Both the position numbers and the translations under genes were made by a program. Shown here piece after piece: positions 1 to 11,000 of a stretch of DNA of 64,000 nt (positions are counted from its first letter, which is position 1; each line of letters starts with the position of its first letter). The stretch comes from Stegostoma tigrinum. Lineage: Eukaryota. Under the pieces are notes generated by a model. The model saw only the letters and a list, made by a program, of their open reading frames with translations, did not search any database and was not told the origin of the DNA. The stretch lies in contig NC_081383.1 in assembly GCF_030684315.1 (NCBI RefSeq), forward strand, positions 16,103,942 to 16,167,941. The letters are read 5' to 3'.

Positions 1-399
1 TGTCACTGTATCCCTAGACACACATGCACACAACAAACACATGACACCCCATCCCATTGCTTGAATTAGGGAACCTTGTTAATACAAAGCAAAATGAATC
101 TCAATAGTTTTTTTGCTTTTTTAAAGCTTCCACATCTTCTTCCACAATCTCTCAGTTTAATGCAGTAAATTTTATCCTTTTGTTGTCCACAGTCCAGGAA
201 ATAAAAATGGTTTTAAATGCGTCCACCATGAGGAGATATGAAATGAGATTTTATAAATGCATTTCATTACAAAGTATATGCTACGTCGACAACAAAATAT
301 GAAATTTACATCTATTGATCCTCATTCTTCCTGTATACAGGTATTACACAATAATTTTTATAGCTCACTTAAATGCTCAACTCATTCCATTACTTTTAC

Positions 400-2195
400 A
401 TTGTGGAATACATCCGTTATCTTTTATGTTTACCAGCAATGCAAAAAAAAAACTTTACGTTGAACCAAAGTAACAGTAACCTCCACCTGAAAACTCTAAC
501 ATTTTTAATTTTAAGTGTTCAATAATGCTGGTAGACTACAGTTAGCGTAGAATAGAATAGAAATTTATTGTCATGTATTCTTTTACATGACAAATACAGT
601 GAAAAGTTTTATAACCCACCCCACCGGGTACCTAAATTTGTGGCAGAACTCATACCTCGTTAGAAAAGAAAGTAAAATTAAGACAAAGTTCTTCACAGTT
701 CAGTTAAAAACTCCTGGGATCTGGTAAAGCCGATGAATGAACAACGGAATACCCTGAAGATTCAGCTGTGACAATACCGCCATTCAGGGATGAGACCACC
801 ATGCTGGGTCACTGGAACACAGGGCCAGAAGCCTCCAGTGAAGAACACTGGGCTGAGACCATCACTCTTGGACAAAACCACCTGAAAGGCCATTGGAACA
901 CCTGGAAGCCGAAGATGAAGAAGACCTCCACACAGGGAAGAGACCTCCGGGGTGGGCAAGACCGCCACACCAGAAGATGGCCATACCATGCCAAGAGTAC
1001 CACTTCTCCTCCTTGAAATCACCAGTCCCAATCCAGGAAATTCTGGGGAGTCAATAACAGTTCCAAAGTCTCCTTTTCTACCTTATATTACTTCCCTTGA
1101 GATTGGTTTACTTTCTTAGAAAAGTACTACACCAGCTTGTCTATTCCCGACTCATCATTCACATCAATTGCCATTTTAAATGGTTTAATAAAGTCAGGAG
1201 TGACTAACACTAGTGGTTCACTTACTAAGGTTGACTTCTTCTTCTTGGTACTTTGACCAGATAATATTTGCCTGTTTCCAAAATAAATTTATTAAGCTAG
1301 GCACATTTTTCTGATAAATCCCGAGTCATGAGATTTCTTTAAAAAAAAACTCGTAATGTCTTTGTTAGATTTAGGAATTGGGAATTCGATCAAAGCCTTC
1401 ACTTTTGCCATTCTTGACAGTACTTGCGTTGCCCTAAGATATGTCCTAGGTACATTACCCTTGCTTTTGCAAGTTCATTTTTGTCTAGATTTATTATGAA
1501 ACCAATTACCTGCAATTCTTCAAGCAGACCCTGTAATTGTCTTACATGCTTTCCCTAATTATTACTGTATATTACAATACTGTCAAAATAAACTACACAG
1601 TCAGGTACTTCAATTACTACTTGATGCATAGGACTTTGGAATGTAGCTAGGGAACTTCATAAATTCAGTGCCATCACCAACATTAATATAACACGTTTGA
1701 TATATTTTCTAATACTCATTCACGCAATCAGTTTTGGAAATATATGAGGCACTGCCATCCTGTTGATATAATCTTCTATCCAAATATATGGACAGGAATC
1801 TGTTTTCATGACTGCATTTAATTGTTTACAGTCTATGTAAAATCAAGATGATCCATAAGGCTTAGAAGCTAACATCACAGTGAACTTCAGATGCAGTGGC
1901 TAGGTTCAATCAAGTGATTTTCTAATGTATTCTGAATCTCTTTTTCCACACGTGCTTGTTTTTCTTGGCTCAACTGAGTTGTTTTATTAGCACTAAATCT
2001 CCTATACTTACATCATGTCTCAATAACATAGTACACCAAGGTGTGCCATTATATATTTCCTTATTCTCCCCAAGTAACATCATCAGATTCTCCCATAGTC
2101 TTTCCTCAGCTTACGAGAACACAGTGTATAATTATTCCAGTATTTACATATTAGCTAGTCAAGTCAGATGAGATTTGTGAACTGTCTATCTCTCA
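400..2195 (-). mobile_element. Decayed Ty3/Gypsy (Gmr1-like) pol, RT and RNase H part; interrupted at ~549-1038 and at 2196
   Basis: Manual minus-strand translation gives degenerate Gypsy motifs: VMLASKPYGSS*FYIDCKQLNAVMKTDSCP (~1790-1880); ATFQSPMHQVVIEVPDCVVYFDSIVIYS...LDKNELAKARVMYLGH (~1440-1680, decayed YLDD); EPLVLVTPDFIKPFKMAIDV...YFSKKVNQ...VEKETLELLL (RNase H, ~1050-1230); KNVRVFRWRLLL (~470-510). Many stops. Confidence 0.8.
549..1038 (-). mobile_element. Non-autonomous retroposon with Rex1/Babar-type 3' tail, inserted in the Gypsy RNase H
   Basis: Minus-strand end reads AAAACTTTTCACTGTA...ACATGACAATAAA(TTCTA)n, matching the tail of the Rex1-like LINE at ~30880-30925. The Gypsy reading resumes on both sides. 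Confidence 0.55.
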
Positions 2196-2528
2196 GGATG
2201 TGAGTTTGCTCGCTGAGCTGGAAGGTTAGTTTTCAGACATTTCGTCACCTATTTTATATTTGAAAAAATATACTTTATTCATAAGATGTACAAAAAATAA
2301 AACATTTATACACCTACCCAGTCATGCAAGCCGCTCCGGGTTACCCAGGGGGTACGTATGCCAACTAGAGGAAAAAAACAAAACAAAGAAGAAAAAAAAC
2401 GAAGCAAAGAAAACACCCCGGCAGTCGTCACCCCACACAGTCTCCGTTGGCCCCCGACCAGTTGGGGAAGGTGCCAGCTGGGCCCCGTTACCAGATAGGG
2501 CCCTTTTTTCTATTCTGGACGAGGGGTT

Positions 2529-5500
2529 TCATACTGTGGTCTTTCCCCACCGCGCCTTGGCAGCGGCTGCCCCAAGCTTTAGCGCATCCCTCAGCACGTA
2601 GTCCTGGACCTTGGAGTGCGCCAGTCTGCAACATTCGGTCGGGGTCAATTCTTTCAGCTGGCAGACCAGCAAGTTGCGGGCAGACCAAAGAGCGTCCTTC
2701 ACCGCATTGATGGTCCTCCAGGCGCAGTTGATGTTGGTCTCGGTGTGCGTCCCGGGAAACAGCCCATAGAGCATGGAGTCCCGCGTCACGGAGCTGCTCG
2801 GGACGAACCTCGACAAATACCACTGCATCCCCCTCCAGACCTCCTGCGCATAGGCACACTCCAGAAGGAGGTGATCGAAAGTCTTGTCCCCCCTGCAGCC
2901 GCCTCGAGGGCAGCGTGCAGTGGCTCAGAGATTCCGGGCGTGCATAAAAGATCTCACTGGCAGAGCCCCTCTCACCGCCAGCCAAGCAATGGCCTTGTGC
3001 TTGTTTGAAAGTTCTGGCGATGAGGCATTCTGCCAAACGACTTTGGCAGTCTGCATGGGGAACCACACGAGGGGACCCACCCTCTCCTTTTCCCGAAGGG
3101 TCTCGAGGATACTACGTGCTGACCACTGCCTGATGGCCTTGTGGTCAAAGGTGTTTCCCTTCAAAAATTTCTCCACGAAGGACAGGTAGTACGGGACGGT
3201 CCAACTACTCGGAGCGTTCCGCGGCAACGAGGCCAGGCCCATCCTTCGCAACACCGAGGACAGGTAGAACCTCAGTAAGTAGTGACACTTGGTGTTTGCG
3301 TACTGAGGATCTACGCACAGCTTGATGCAGCCGCACACAAAGGTAGCCATCAGGGCGAGGGTGGGGTTCGGTATGCCCTTTCCCCCATTTTCCAGGTCTT
3401 TGTACATGGTGTCCCTGCGGACCCGGTCCATCCTTGACCCCCAAATGAAGTGGAAGATGGCCCGGGTGACCGCAGCGGCGCAGGTCCAGAGAACAGGCCA
3501 GGCCTGCGCCACATACAACAGTGCCGAAAGCCCCTCGTACCTGACAACCAGGTTCTTACCCGCGATGGAGAGGGACCGGAGCGTTCACCTGCCCAGGTTC
3601 TGCTTCAGTTTGGTGATACGCTCTCCCTAGTCTTAGTGCACACCCCAGCTCCACCAAACCAAACACCCAGCACCTTCAGGTAGTCTGTCCTGACGGTGAA
3701 GGGGATGAAGGAGCGGTCATCCCAGTTCCCGAGGAACATGACCTCACTCTTACCCCTATTGACTTTGGCACCCGAGGCCAGTTCAAACTGGCTGCAGATG
3801 TCCAACAGCCTACTCACCGACCGACGATCGGTGCAGAAGACGGCGACGTCGTTCATGTACAGGGAGGTCTTGACCTGAAGGCCTCCGCTGCCTGGGATAT
3901 TCACGCCCTTCAGGCTCACATCCTTCCTGACGGATGCGGCGAAGGGCTCCACACACACACGAACAAGGCAGGAGAGAGCGGGCAGCCCTGCCTGACTCCA
4001 GATCTAACAGGAAAACTGTCCGATTCCCACCCATTGATCGGGACTGCGCTAACGATGTTGGTGTAGAGCAGCCGATCCCGAACCCCAATTTGGAGAGGAC
4101 GTCCCTCATGTAAGCATGAGAGACCCTGTCGAAGGCCTTCTCCTGGTCCAGGCTGATGAGGCAGGTCTCCACCCACCTGTCCTGTACGTAGGCGATCGTA
4201 TCCCTGATGAGCGCGAGGCTCTCAGCGATCTTCCTGCCTGGCACAGCACAGGTTTGGTCAGGGTGAATCACTGACTCCAGGACAGACCTGACCCGGTTGG
4301 CTATGACCTTGGCCAGGATTTTGTAGTCCACGTTCAATAGTGAAATGGGACGCCAATTCTTAATTTCTTCCCTCTCCCCCTTCCTCTTGTAAATGAGGGT
4401 GATGATGCCCTTCCTCATGGACTTGCACATTTCCCCTGCCCGAAGTGCACTATCGTACACCTCCAGCAGGTCCTGGCCGACCAGGTCCCACAGAGCGGAA
4501 TACAGTTCGACCAGTAAGCCGTCGCTCCAGGGAGTCCTATTCCTCTCCAAGGACTTGAGGGCCCCGGTCAGCTCGTCCAGGGATATCGGCCAGTCTAGCC
4601 ACTCCCTCGTGCCGTCGTCTAAGACCTCCGTGATAGACGACAGGAACGACTCGGAGGCCGTGCTGTCCGTGGGCTTCGTGTTGTACAGTCCGGCATAGAA
4701 GGATCTGCTGATCCTCAAAATGTCGGGCCGAGACGACGTCACCGAGCCGTCATCCTCCTCCTGCCGGCTAAGCACAGAGCTCTCTTTGTGCACCTTCTGA
4801 AAGAAGAAATGCGAGCACGTCTCGTCCTGCTCCATGGAGTGTACCCTGGACCGGAAGATTATCCTGGAGGCCTCCGCGGCGAAGAGCGAGGCTAGCTGGC
4901 CCCTCACCTCGTGGAGGTCCTCCGTGACATCGACCCCCATCAACTGCAGAAGGATAAGGTTCTGCACCCTTTTCTGGAGTCGCGACAGCTTTCCCTGCCT
5001 CTCTCTCGCCTTCCGAACACCCTTGAGGGCAAAGAACCTCTTCATGTTCTCCTTCACCGTCTCCCACCAGTCGCCCGGAGACTCAAAGACGGGTTTCACG
5101 GTTCTCCAACCGGCGTACTCCCTCTTAAGCTCCTCGACGTTCTCTGGGGTCAACAGAGTCGTGTTGAGCTTCCACGTCCCCTTGCCGGCCAGCTGGTCGT
5201 CCTGTAAGTGACAGTCGGCCAGCAGGAGGCAGTGGTCAGAGAAGAACACCGGCTCGACGCCGGTGGACCTGACCGAGAACGCCTGTGACACAAACAGGAA
5301 GTCTATCCTTGAGCAAATAGACCCGTCTGGCCGCAACCAGGTGTACCTCTGCTGCACTCCGTCTGCAGGGCTGCTGAAGACGTTGAGCAGCTTGGCATCC
5401 TTCACCGTGCCCATCAGGAATCTGGACGTGACGTCCAGTTGACTTCCCCCACCCGCTGTCCCCACGCCGGATCTTCCATCTGCATTGATGATGCAGTTGA

Positions 5501-5927
5501 AGTCTCCGCCCAGGATGACTGGCCTGGACGTAGCCAGCAGGGGTGGAAGCCGCTGCAGGACGGCCAACCGCTCACTCCGTACCGCTGGGGCGTACACGTT
5601 GATCAGCCTCAGGGGAGCGTTCCTGTAGGTGACGTCAGCCACTAGGAGGCGCCCCCCCACCACCTCCTGAACTTGAGAGATGGTGAAGTCGCGCCCCCGC
5701 AGCAGAATAGCCAGGCCCGAGGAGCGACAGTCGTTACCCCCCGACCAGATCGAAGGTCCACAGGTCCAGGCGCCGGACCATTTCCCGCACCTGCTGAGGT
5801 GCGGTATCCCGCACTCCTGCAGAAACAGGAGGTCCGCCTTGACGGTGGTCAGGTAGGCCAACATGGATACACATCTTGCAGTGGACTTGACGCTGCGCAC
5901 ATTAATGCTCGCAACGCATACCCCCAT
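2529..5927 (-). pseudogene. Tx1 ORF2: AP endonuclease + reverse transcriptase + C-terminal Zn motif, disrupted
   Basis: MGVCVASINVRS, LFLQE, LINVYAP, LGGDFN, SRIDFLF, SDH (APE); NWRPISLLNVDYKILAK, LDQEKAFDRVSH, GVRQGCPLSP, YMND (decayed YMDD), YLKVLGV; CPRGGC...HLLLEC. Deletion/frameshifts near 4075, 3955 and 3600; in-frame stop at 2925. Confidence 0.9.
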
Positions 5928-7365
5928 TGTGGGCATGACCGCAGTACCCTCCCCAAGTCCAAGGTCCAGCCCCTCCATCTGTCCCTTCTTGTCCATTGCC
6001 CGGGTTAACTGCTGGGCGCTCTCCGGGCTGAGGAAACCGTCCGTGCTGCCTTCTGGGTGGCATCCCCCCGTTGGGGGTACAGAGGCAGGAGAGTCCGGCT
6101 CTGGGTCATGCTGGGGACGTGCTGTTCCCTCCTTCCTGCCTGGAAGTTCCGGGGGGCCCTCCAGTGCCCCAGCGGCAAGTGACTGGGTGTCGGAGGGGGC
6201 CTCAGGACGCCTCCCGTCACCTGGAAGCATGGTGCTGCTTCCCTTCTCCCTTGAGATCTTTAACTTCTGCTTCGGGCGTGCCCTCTCCGAATCCCCCTCG
6301 TCAGAGGAGCTCTTATAGCCCCCCTGTAGCTGCCTCTTCCCGCCTGATGGTTGCGGTTCCTGGGCCCGTCGACGCACCTTCCTCCTCGCTTTCCGGACCG
6401 TCGTCCACTCCCCTGGGTCGCCTGTCGCCGCCTCCATCGACTCCGGGTTGTCGGGGGGGGGGCGGAGCCTGCAGGGGCGCTTTGCTGGCCTCGGGTCCGT
6501 CCTGCGGGGCTGGGCCCTCCTGCGCGACCTGGCCCTCGTGCACATTAGTGGGGTCCTTGCTGGGCCCTGGTGCCTTCCTCTCCTCAGGGGGGGCCGGCCC
6601 CGCATTGCCCCTGCCGGCGACCTGGGCATAGGTGGTCCCCCGCTGCGGGCATGCCCTATAGAGGTGGCCCGCTTCCCCGCAAAGGTTGCAGCTTTTCTCC
6701 TGTGGGCAATCCTTTGCAAGGTGTCCCTCCTCCCTGCAGTTCCTGCAGATGGTGGCTTTGCAGTCGGCCGCCACGCGACCTGACCTACCACAGGCATGGC
6801 AGACTTTAGGTTGCCTTGCATAGGTCTGGTAGCCCTTGCTCCCGCCGATGGCAAAGCTGGACGGTGGGTGTACGACGTTCCCGTCCGCGCCCATCCTCAG
6901 CGTCACCTTGACCTGCCTCTTACTGGTCCAGATGCCGAAGGGGTCCATGATGTTGGTTAGGTCCCCTTCCACCTTCACGTACCTTCCGAGGAAGGTCAGG
7001 ACATCAACTGCCGGCACATGCGGGTTGTACATGTGTACAGTCACCATACGGCTCCTCTGCGCTGGCATCACAAACAGCGGGATGGCAGTCAATGCAGAGA
7101 GGGGGCCCTCACCTCCTTTCTCCTTGAAAACCTCCAGGAAGCGCTCGCAAAGCTTGGCACTCCTGAAGGTCACATCATAAAAACCTCCTCCAGGGAAATC
7201 CTGCAGGCAGTAAATGTCCGCAGCAGCGAACCCGCAACAGTCCAACAGGACCCTCTTAATGAAGAAGGTGCGGTCCACAGGTGCACCTTCATCCACCTTC
7301 TTTACGGAAACACGGATGGTGTTCCGGATGCCCTGACACGGGGCACGAGCACTCGCCGCAGCCAT
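5928..7365 (-). pseudogene. Tx1 ORF1: ZCCHC3-like nucleic-acid-binding protein with three zinc knuckles; probable 1-nt frameshift in the G10 run at 6453-6462
   Basis: Likely start ATG at 7365 (MAAASAR...). Knuckles CHACGRSGRVAADC (H>R), CRNCREEGHLAKDC and CNLCGEAGHLYRAC; upstream DPFGIWTSKRQV...PPSSFAIGG..G...Y..QPK. An ORF1-like low-complexity tail (EWTTVRKARRK...SSSDEGDSE) continues in the 3810..6854 frame. Confidence 0.85.
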
Positions 7366-7689
7366 CGTTGCAGGTTGGCTGCTCCCCTGAACCAGCGTTA
7401 GGCCAAAGCCAGCATTAAGGGCCACTGGTTGCAAGGGTGCACAGCCAACCCGACGTCTTCCTTTCACCTCCAACACAGCACTCTCCTCCCCTCGGTCCAC
7501 AAGAGAGTGGGTCTTTATTTTGTTCCAGATGTAAGCTGGTTCACTGAGCTTGAAGGTTTGTTCCCAGATGTTTTGTCACCATTCTAGGTAACCTCAACAG
7601 TGAGCCTCTGGTGAAGCGATGGTGTTATGTCCCGCTTTCTATTTATCTGTTTAGCTTTCCTTGGGTTGGTGATGTCATTTCCTGCATTG

Positions 7690-9110
7690 GTGATGTCATT
7701 TCCTGTTCTTTTTCTCAGAGGATGGAAGATTGGCTCCAAATCAATGTGTTTGTTGATGGAGTTTCGGTTGGAATGCCATGCTTCTAGGAATTCTCGTGCA
7801 TGTCTCTGTTTGCCTTGTCCTAGGATGGATGTGTTGTCCCAATCAAAGTGGTGTCCTTCCTCATCTGTATGTAAGGATACGAGTGATAGTGGGTCATGTC
7901 ATTTTGTGGCTAGTTGATGTTCATGTATCCTGGTGGCTAGCTTCCTGCCAGTTTGTCCAATGTAGTGTTTGTCACAGTTCTTGCAAGGTATTTTGTAGAT
8001 GACGTTTGTTTTGCTTGTTGTCTGTATAGGGTCTTTTAAGTTCATTAGCTGCTGTTTTAGTGTGTTGGTGGGTTTGTGGGCTACCCTGATGCCAAGGGGT
8101 CCGAGTAGTCTGGCAGTCATTTCGGAAATGTCTTTGATGTAGGGGAGAGTGGTTATGGTTTCTGAGCCTGTTTTGTCTGTTTGTTTGGGTTTATTGCTGA
8201 GGAATCGGCGGACTGTGTTCATAGGGTACCCATTCTTTTTGAATACGCTGTATAGGTGATTTTCTTCTGCTCTTCATAGTTCCTCTGTGCTGCAGTGTGT
8301 GGTGGCTCGTTGGAATAATGTTCTAATGCAGCTTCGTTTGTGGGTGTTGGGATGGTTGCTCCTGTAGCTCAGTATTTGGTCCGTATGTGTTGTTTTCCTG
8401 TAGACGCTGGTTTGAAGTTCCCCATTGACTGTTCGCTCTACTGTGACATCTAGGAATGGCAGTTTGTTGTTGTTTTCCTCCTCTTTTGTGAATGTTATGC
8501 CAGTAAAGGGTATTATTGATGGTCTGGAAGGTTTCCACCGACTTGTTTTGCTTAGTGATGACAAAGGTGTCATCCACATAGCGGACCCAAAGTTTGGGTT
8601 GGATGATTAGCAGAGCTGTTTGTTCGAGTCTCTGCATTACTGCCTCTGCTAAGACCCCTGATATCGGAGATCCCATGGGTGTACCATTGGTTTGTCTGTA
8701 GGTTTTGTTATTGAAAGTGAAGTGGGTGGTGAGGCATAGGTCCACTAGCTTGATGATGTTGTCCTTGCTGATGAGGTTGGTGGTGTCTGGTGTATGTGTC
8801 TTCGGTTCTTCTAATAGTGTAGTCAGTGTTTCTTCGGCCAGGTTGATGTTGATGGATGTGAACAGGGTTGTTACGTCAAAGGAGACCATTATTTCATCCT
8901 CTTCTATCTTGGTGTCTTTGATGGTGTTCAGGAATTCTTGGGTGGAGCGAATGGAGCGGCGGCAGTCTTCTACTAGGTGCTTTAGTCTTTGGTGTAGTTC
9001 CTTGGCTAATCTGTAGGTTGGTGTTCCAGGTAGCGACACTATGGGTCTGAGGGGGGCTCCTGGTTTGTGAATTTTTGGTAGTCCATAGAAGCGTGGTGTG
9101 TTGGATCCAT
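7690..9110 (-). pseudogene. Penelope RT + GIY-YIG endonuclease ORF, 5'-truncated and frameshifted
   Basis: ORF pieces 8323..9363, 8274..8579 and 7899..8222 contain PRFYGLPKIHKPGAPLRPIVS, SFDVTTLFTSI, GTPMGSPISG, WVRYVDD, LPFLDVTV, YRKTTHTDQIL and NVIYKIPCKNCDKHYIGQTGRKLATRIHEH. Confidence 0.9.
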
Positions 9111-9502
9111 CTGGTTCACATCCAATTGAGGAAGGACACCACTTTGATTGGGACAACACATCCTTCCTTGGACAAGCCAAACAGAGACACGCACAAGAAT
9201 TCCTAGAAGCATGGCATTCCAACTGGAACTCCATCAACAAACACATTGATTTGGAGCCAATCTTCCATCCTCTGAGAAAAAGAACAGGAAATGACATCAC
9301 CAGTGCCGGAAATGACATCACCAACCCAAGGAAAGCTAAACAGATAAATAGAAAGCAGGACATAACACCAACACTTCATTGGAGGCTCACTGATGGTGTT
9401 ACGCAACGTCTGAAAACTAACCTTCCAGCTCAGCGAGCAAACTCACATCCCGAACGTCAACCTGAGCTACAAATCTTCTCAAAACTCGCTGTCTATCTCT
9501 CA

Positions 9503-10050
9503 ATCTGTCATCTCTCTGTCACCCACCACTACCTTTACCAATTGATGGACTTGCTCTTTCTGATCTTCTTCCTTATGTGGATATCGCTTTAAAATATTCA
9601 CATGACATAAGAGATTTTTATTCTTGATTCGAGGTAACCTCCAGATAAATCACTTTACTAACCTTTCTAACTATCTTAGAGGGATGACAGAAGTTTGCTC
9701 TCAGAAGTTGACCTTGTAAAGGCAATAATATTGATACTCCATCTCCTATTTGAAATGTTCTAGCCATAGCATGTTTGTTTAAATATCTTTGTGAAGTTTT
9801 TAAATGCCCCTGCGCAACTTTACATGGCCTGATTCTCTTAAAAACATGGAAACATGGTATTTCTTTGAGGGTTCATTGTTTTGTTTTTGAGGCTTTTACT
9901 TAATCAATTTTAATGGCTCTCTTATCTCATGACTAGAGAACAGTTCAAGTAGACTAAAACCAATACATTAATTTAGGGACTCTCTGGGTGTAAATAGTAA
10001 GAAATCGAATCCTATTTGACAAAAGTCCTTTATATCTCTCACGTACTCTA
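9503..10050 (-). mobile_element. Continuation of the Gypsy element: integrase core end and GPY/F-like region
   Basis: Minus-strand translation GFDFLLFTPRESLN*CIGFSLLELFSSHEIREPLKLIK (~9900-10015) and ARTFQIGDGVSILLPLQGQLLRANFCHPSKIVRKVSKVIY...CHVNILKRY (~9580-9765) resemble the Gypsy integrase C-terminus. Confidence 0.7.
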
Positions 10051-10648
10051 TTTACCTCACTTGTGCTCATAGCAGTTTTTCACCTTCATGCTTTCTGCTT
10101 CTAATTCAGTCATTCTCATTTTGAAGAGATCACCTAGTTTCTGCTGGGTGGGTCAGGGAAAAATGGGTTTTATCCTGTCCATCATTGTTTGCAGATTGAA
10201 TGAAGAGGTCTTGCTATTCTCCCCAGTACAAAAACAGTTGTAGCTCGCTGACCCACTTTAACTTGATACAATATGTGCTGGAAAAAATCAATTTAACATG
10301 AAAAATATACCTTTGGTTAGAAGTGACACACTTAATTGGTCATCTGGGATGCAACAGGAAACTTCTGTAAGGTTAATAATGTGCTTTTTAAAATATTTGT
10401 CCCAGTTCTTCCAATGAACATTTCAATCAATTGAAAGTAAATATTAGATACTGAGAATTTATAGGCAGAGATCCAATAGCAAATAGATTCATGCAACAAA
10501 AATGTAAATACATGAAGTGATGAGCACAAAGGCAGTTCTGAGCCTCAAATGCAGCAAAATATGTTGTGGGAGCACTGCTACTCTTGAGTTAACTGAAGTG
10601 ATTGTCTCAAATGGATTTTTACCACACAATTGAAAAGCTTTCATGTCT

Positions 10649-11000
10649 TCATAGAATCCTTATAGTGTGGAAGCAGGCATTTGAGTCATCAAGTCCACAC
10701 AGGCCCTCCAAACAGCATCCCATACAGACCCAACCCCCACTCTATCCCTGAAAAGCTGTATTTCCCATGGCTAACCCACTCAGCCCACACATCACTTGAC
10801 ACAAGGGGCAATTTAGTATGGCCTGTCCACCTAACCTGCATGTCTTTGGAAAGTGGGAGGAAACCAGAGCAACTAGAGGAAACCCACGCAGACATGGAAA
10901 GAATGTGCAAATTCCACAAGGATAGTCACCTGAGGGCGGAATTAAACCCAGGTCCCTGCCAATGTGAGGCAACAGTGCTATTCACTGAGTGACCATGCCC
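10649..11000 (-). mobile_element. HE1/V-SINE-like tRNA-derived shark SINE
   Basis: tRNA-like head at the right end (minus strand), central core GGAGGAAACC...GAAACCCACGCAGAC, CR1-type tail at the left. Similar copies at 42431, 45737 and 58315. Confidence 0.8.

Larger units (their letters stand above)
2256..7515 (-). mobile_element. Near full-length Tx1-clade L1 non-LTR retrotransposon (~5.3 kb)
   Basis: Sharp GC/CpG-rich block with a CCHC ORF1 and an APE-RT-Zn ORF2. Minus-strand AATAAA at ~2274-2279 is followed by an A-rich end. Possible 6-bp TSD TATTTT (2250-2255, 7516-7521). Confidence 0.92.
2196..9488 (-). mobile_element. Penelope-like element (Penelope/Poseidon type) with inverted terminal arm, carrying a nested Tx1 L1
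   Basis: Flanked by the exact 14-bp direct repeat CTGTCTATCTCTCA (2182-2195 and 9489-9502). 2196-2240 is the reverse complement of ~9405-9450, and 9127-9400 is an inverted copy of ~7590-7863. RT and GIY-YIG motifs are present. Confidence 0.9.

Noticed and set aside
2260-7401. Numerous plus-strand and alternative-frame ORFs within the Tx1 element
   Set aside because: Shadow ORFs of GC-rich coding DNA with no recognisable domains.
6313-7500. Host ZCCHC3 gene
   Set aside because: Directly followed by an APE-RT ORF2 and bounded by element ends; it is transposon ORF1.
9098-9592. 164-aa plus-strand ORF, and the N-terminal ~80 aa of ORF 8323..9363, as novel proteins
   Set aside because: Both are chimeras created by the Penelope inversion junction at ~9110-9127.
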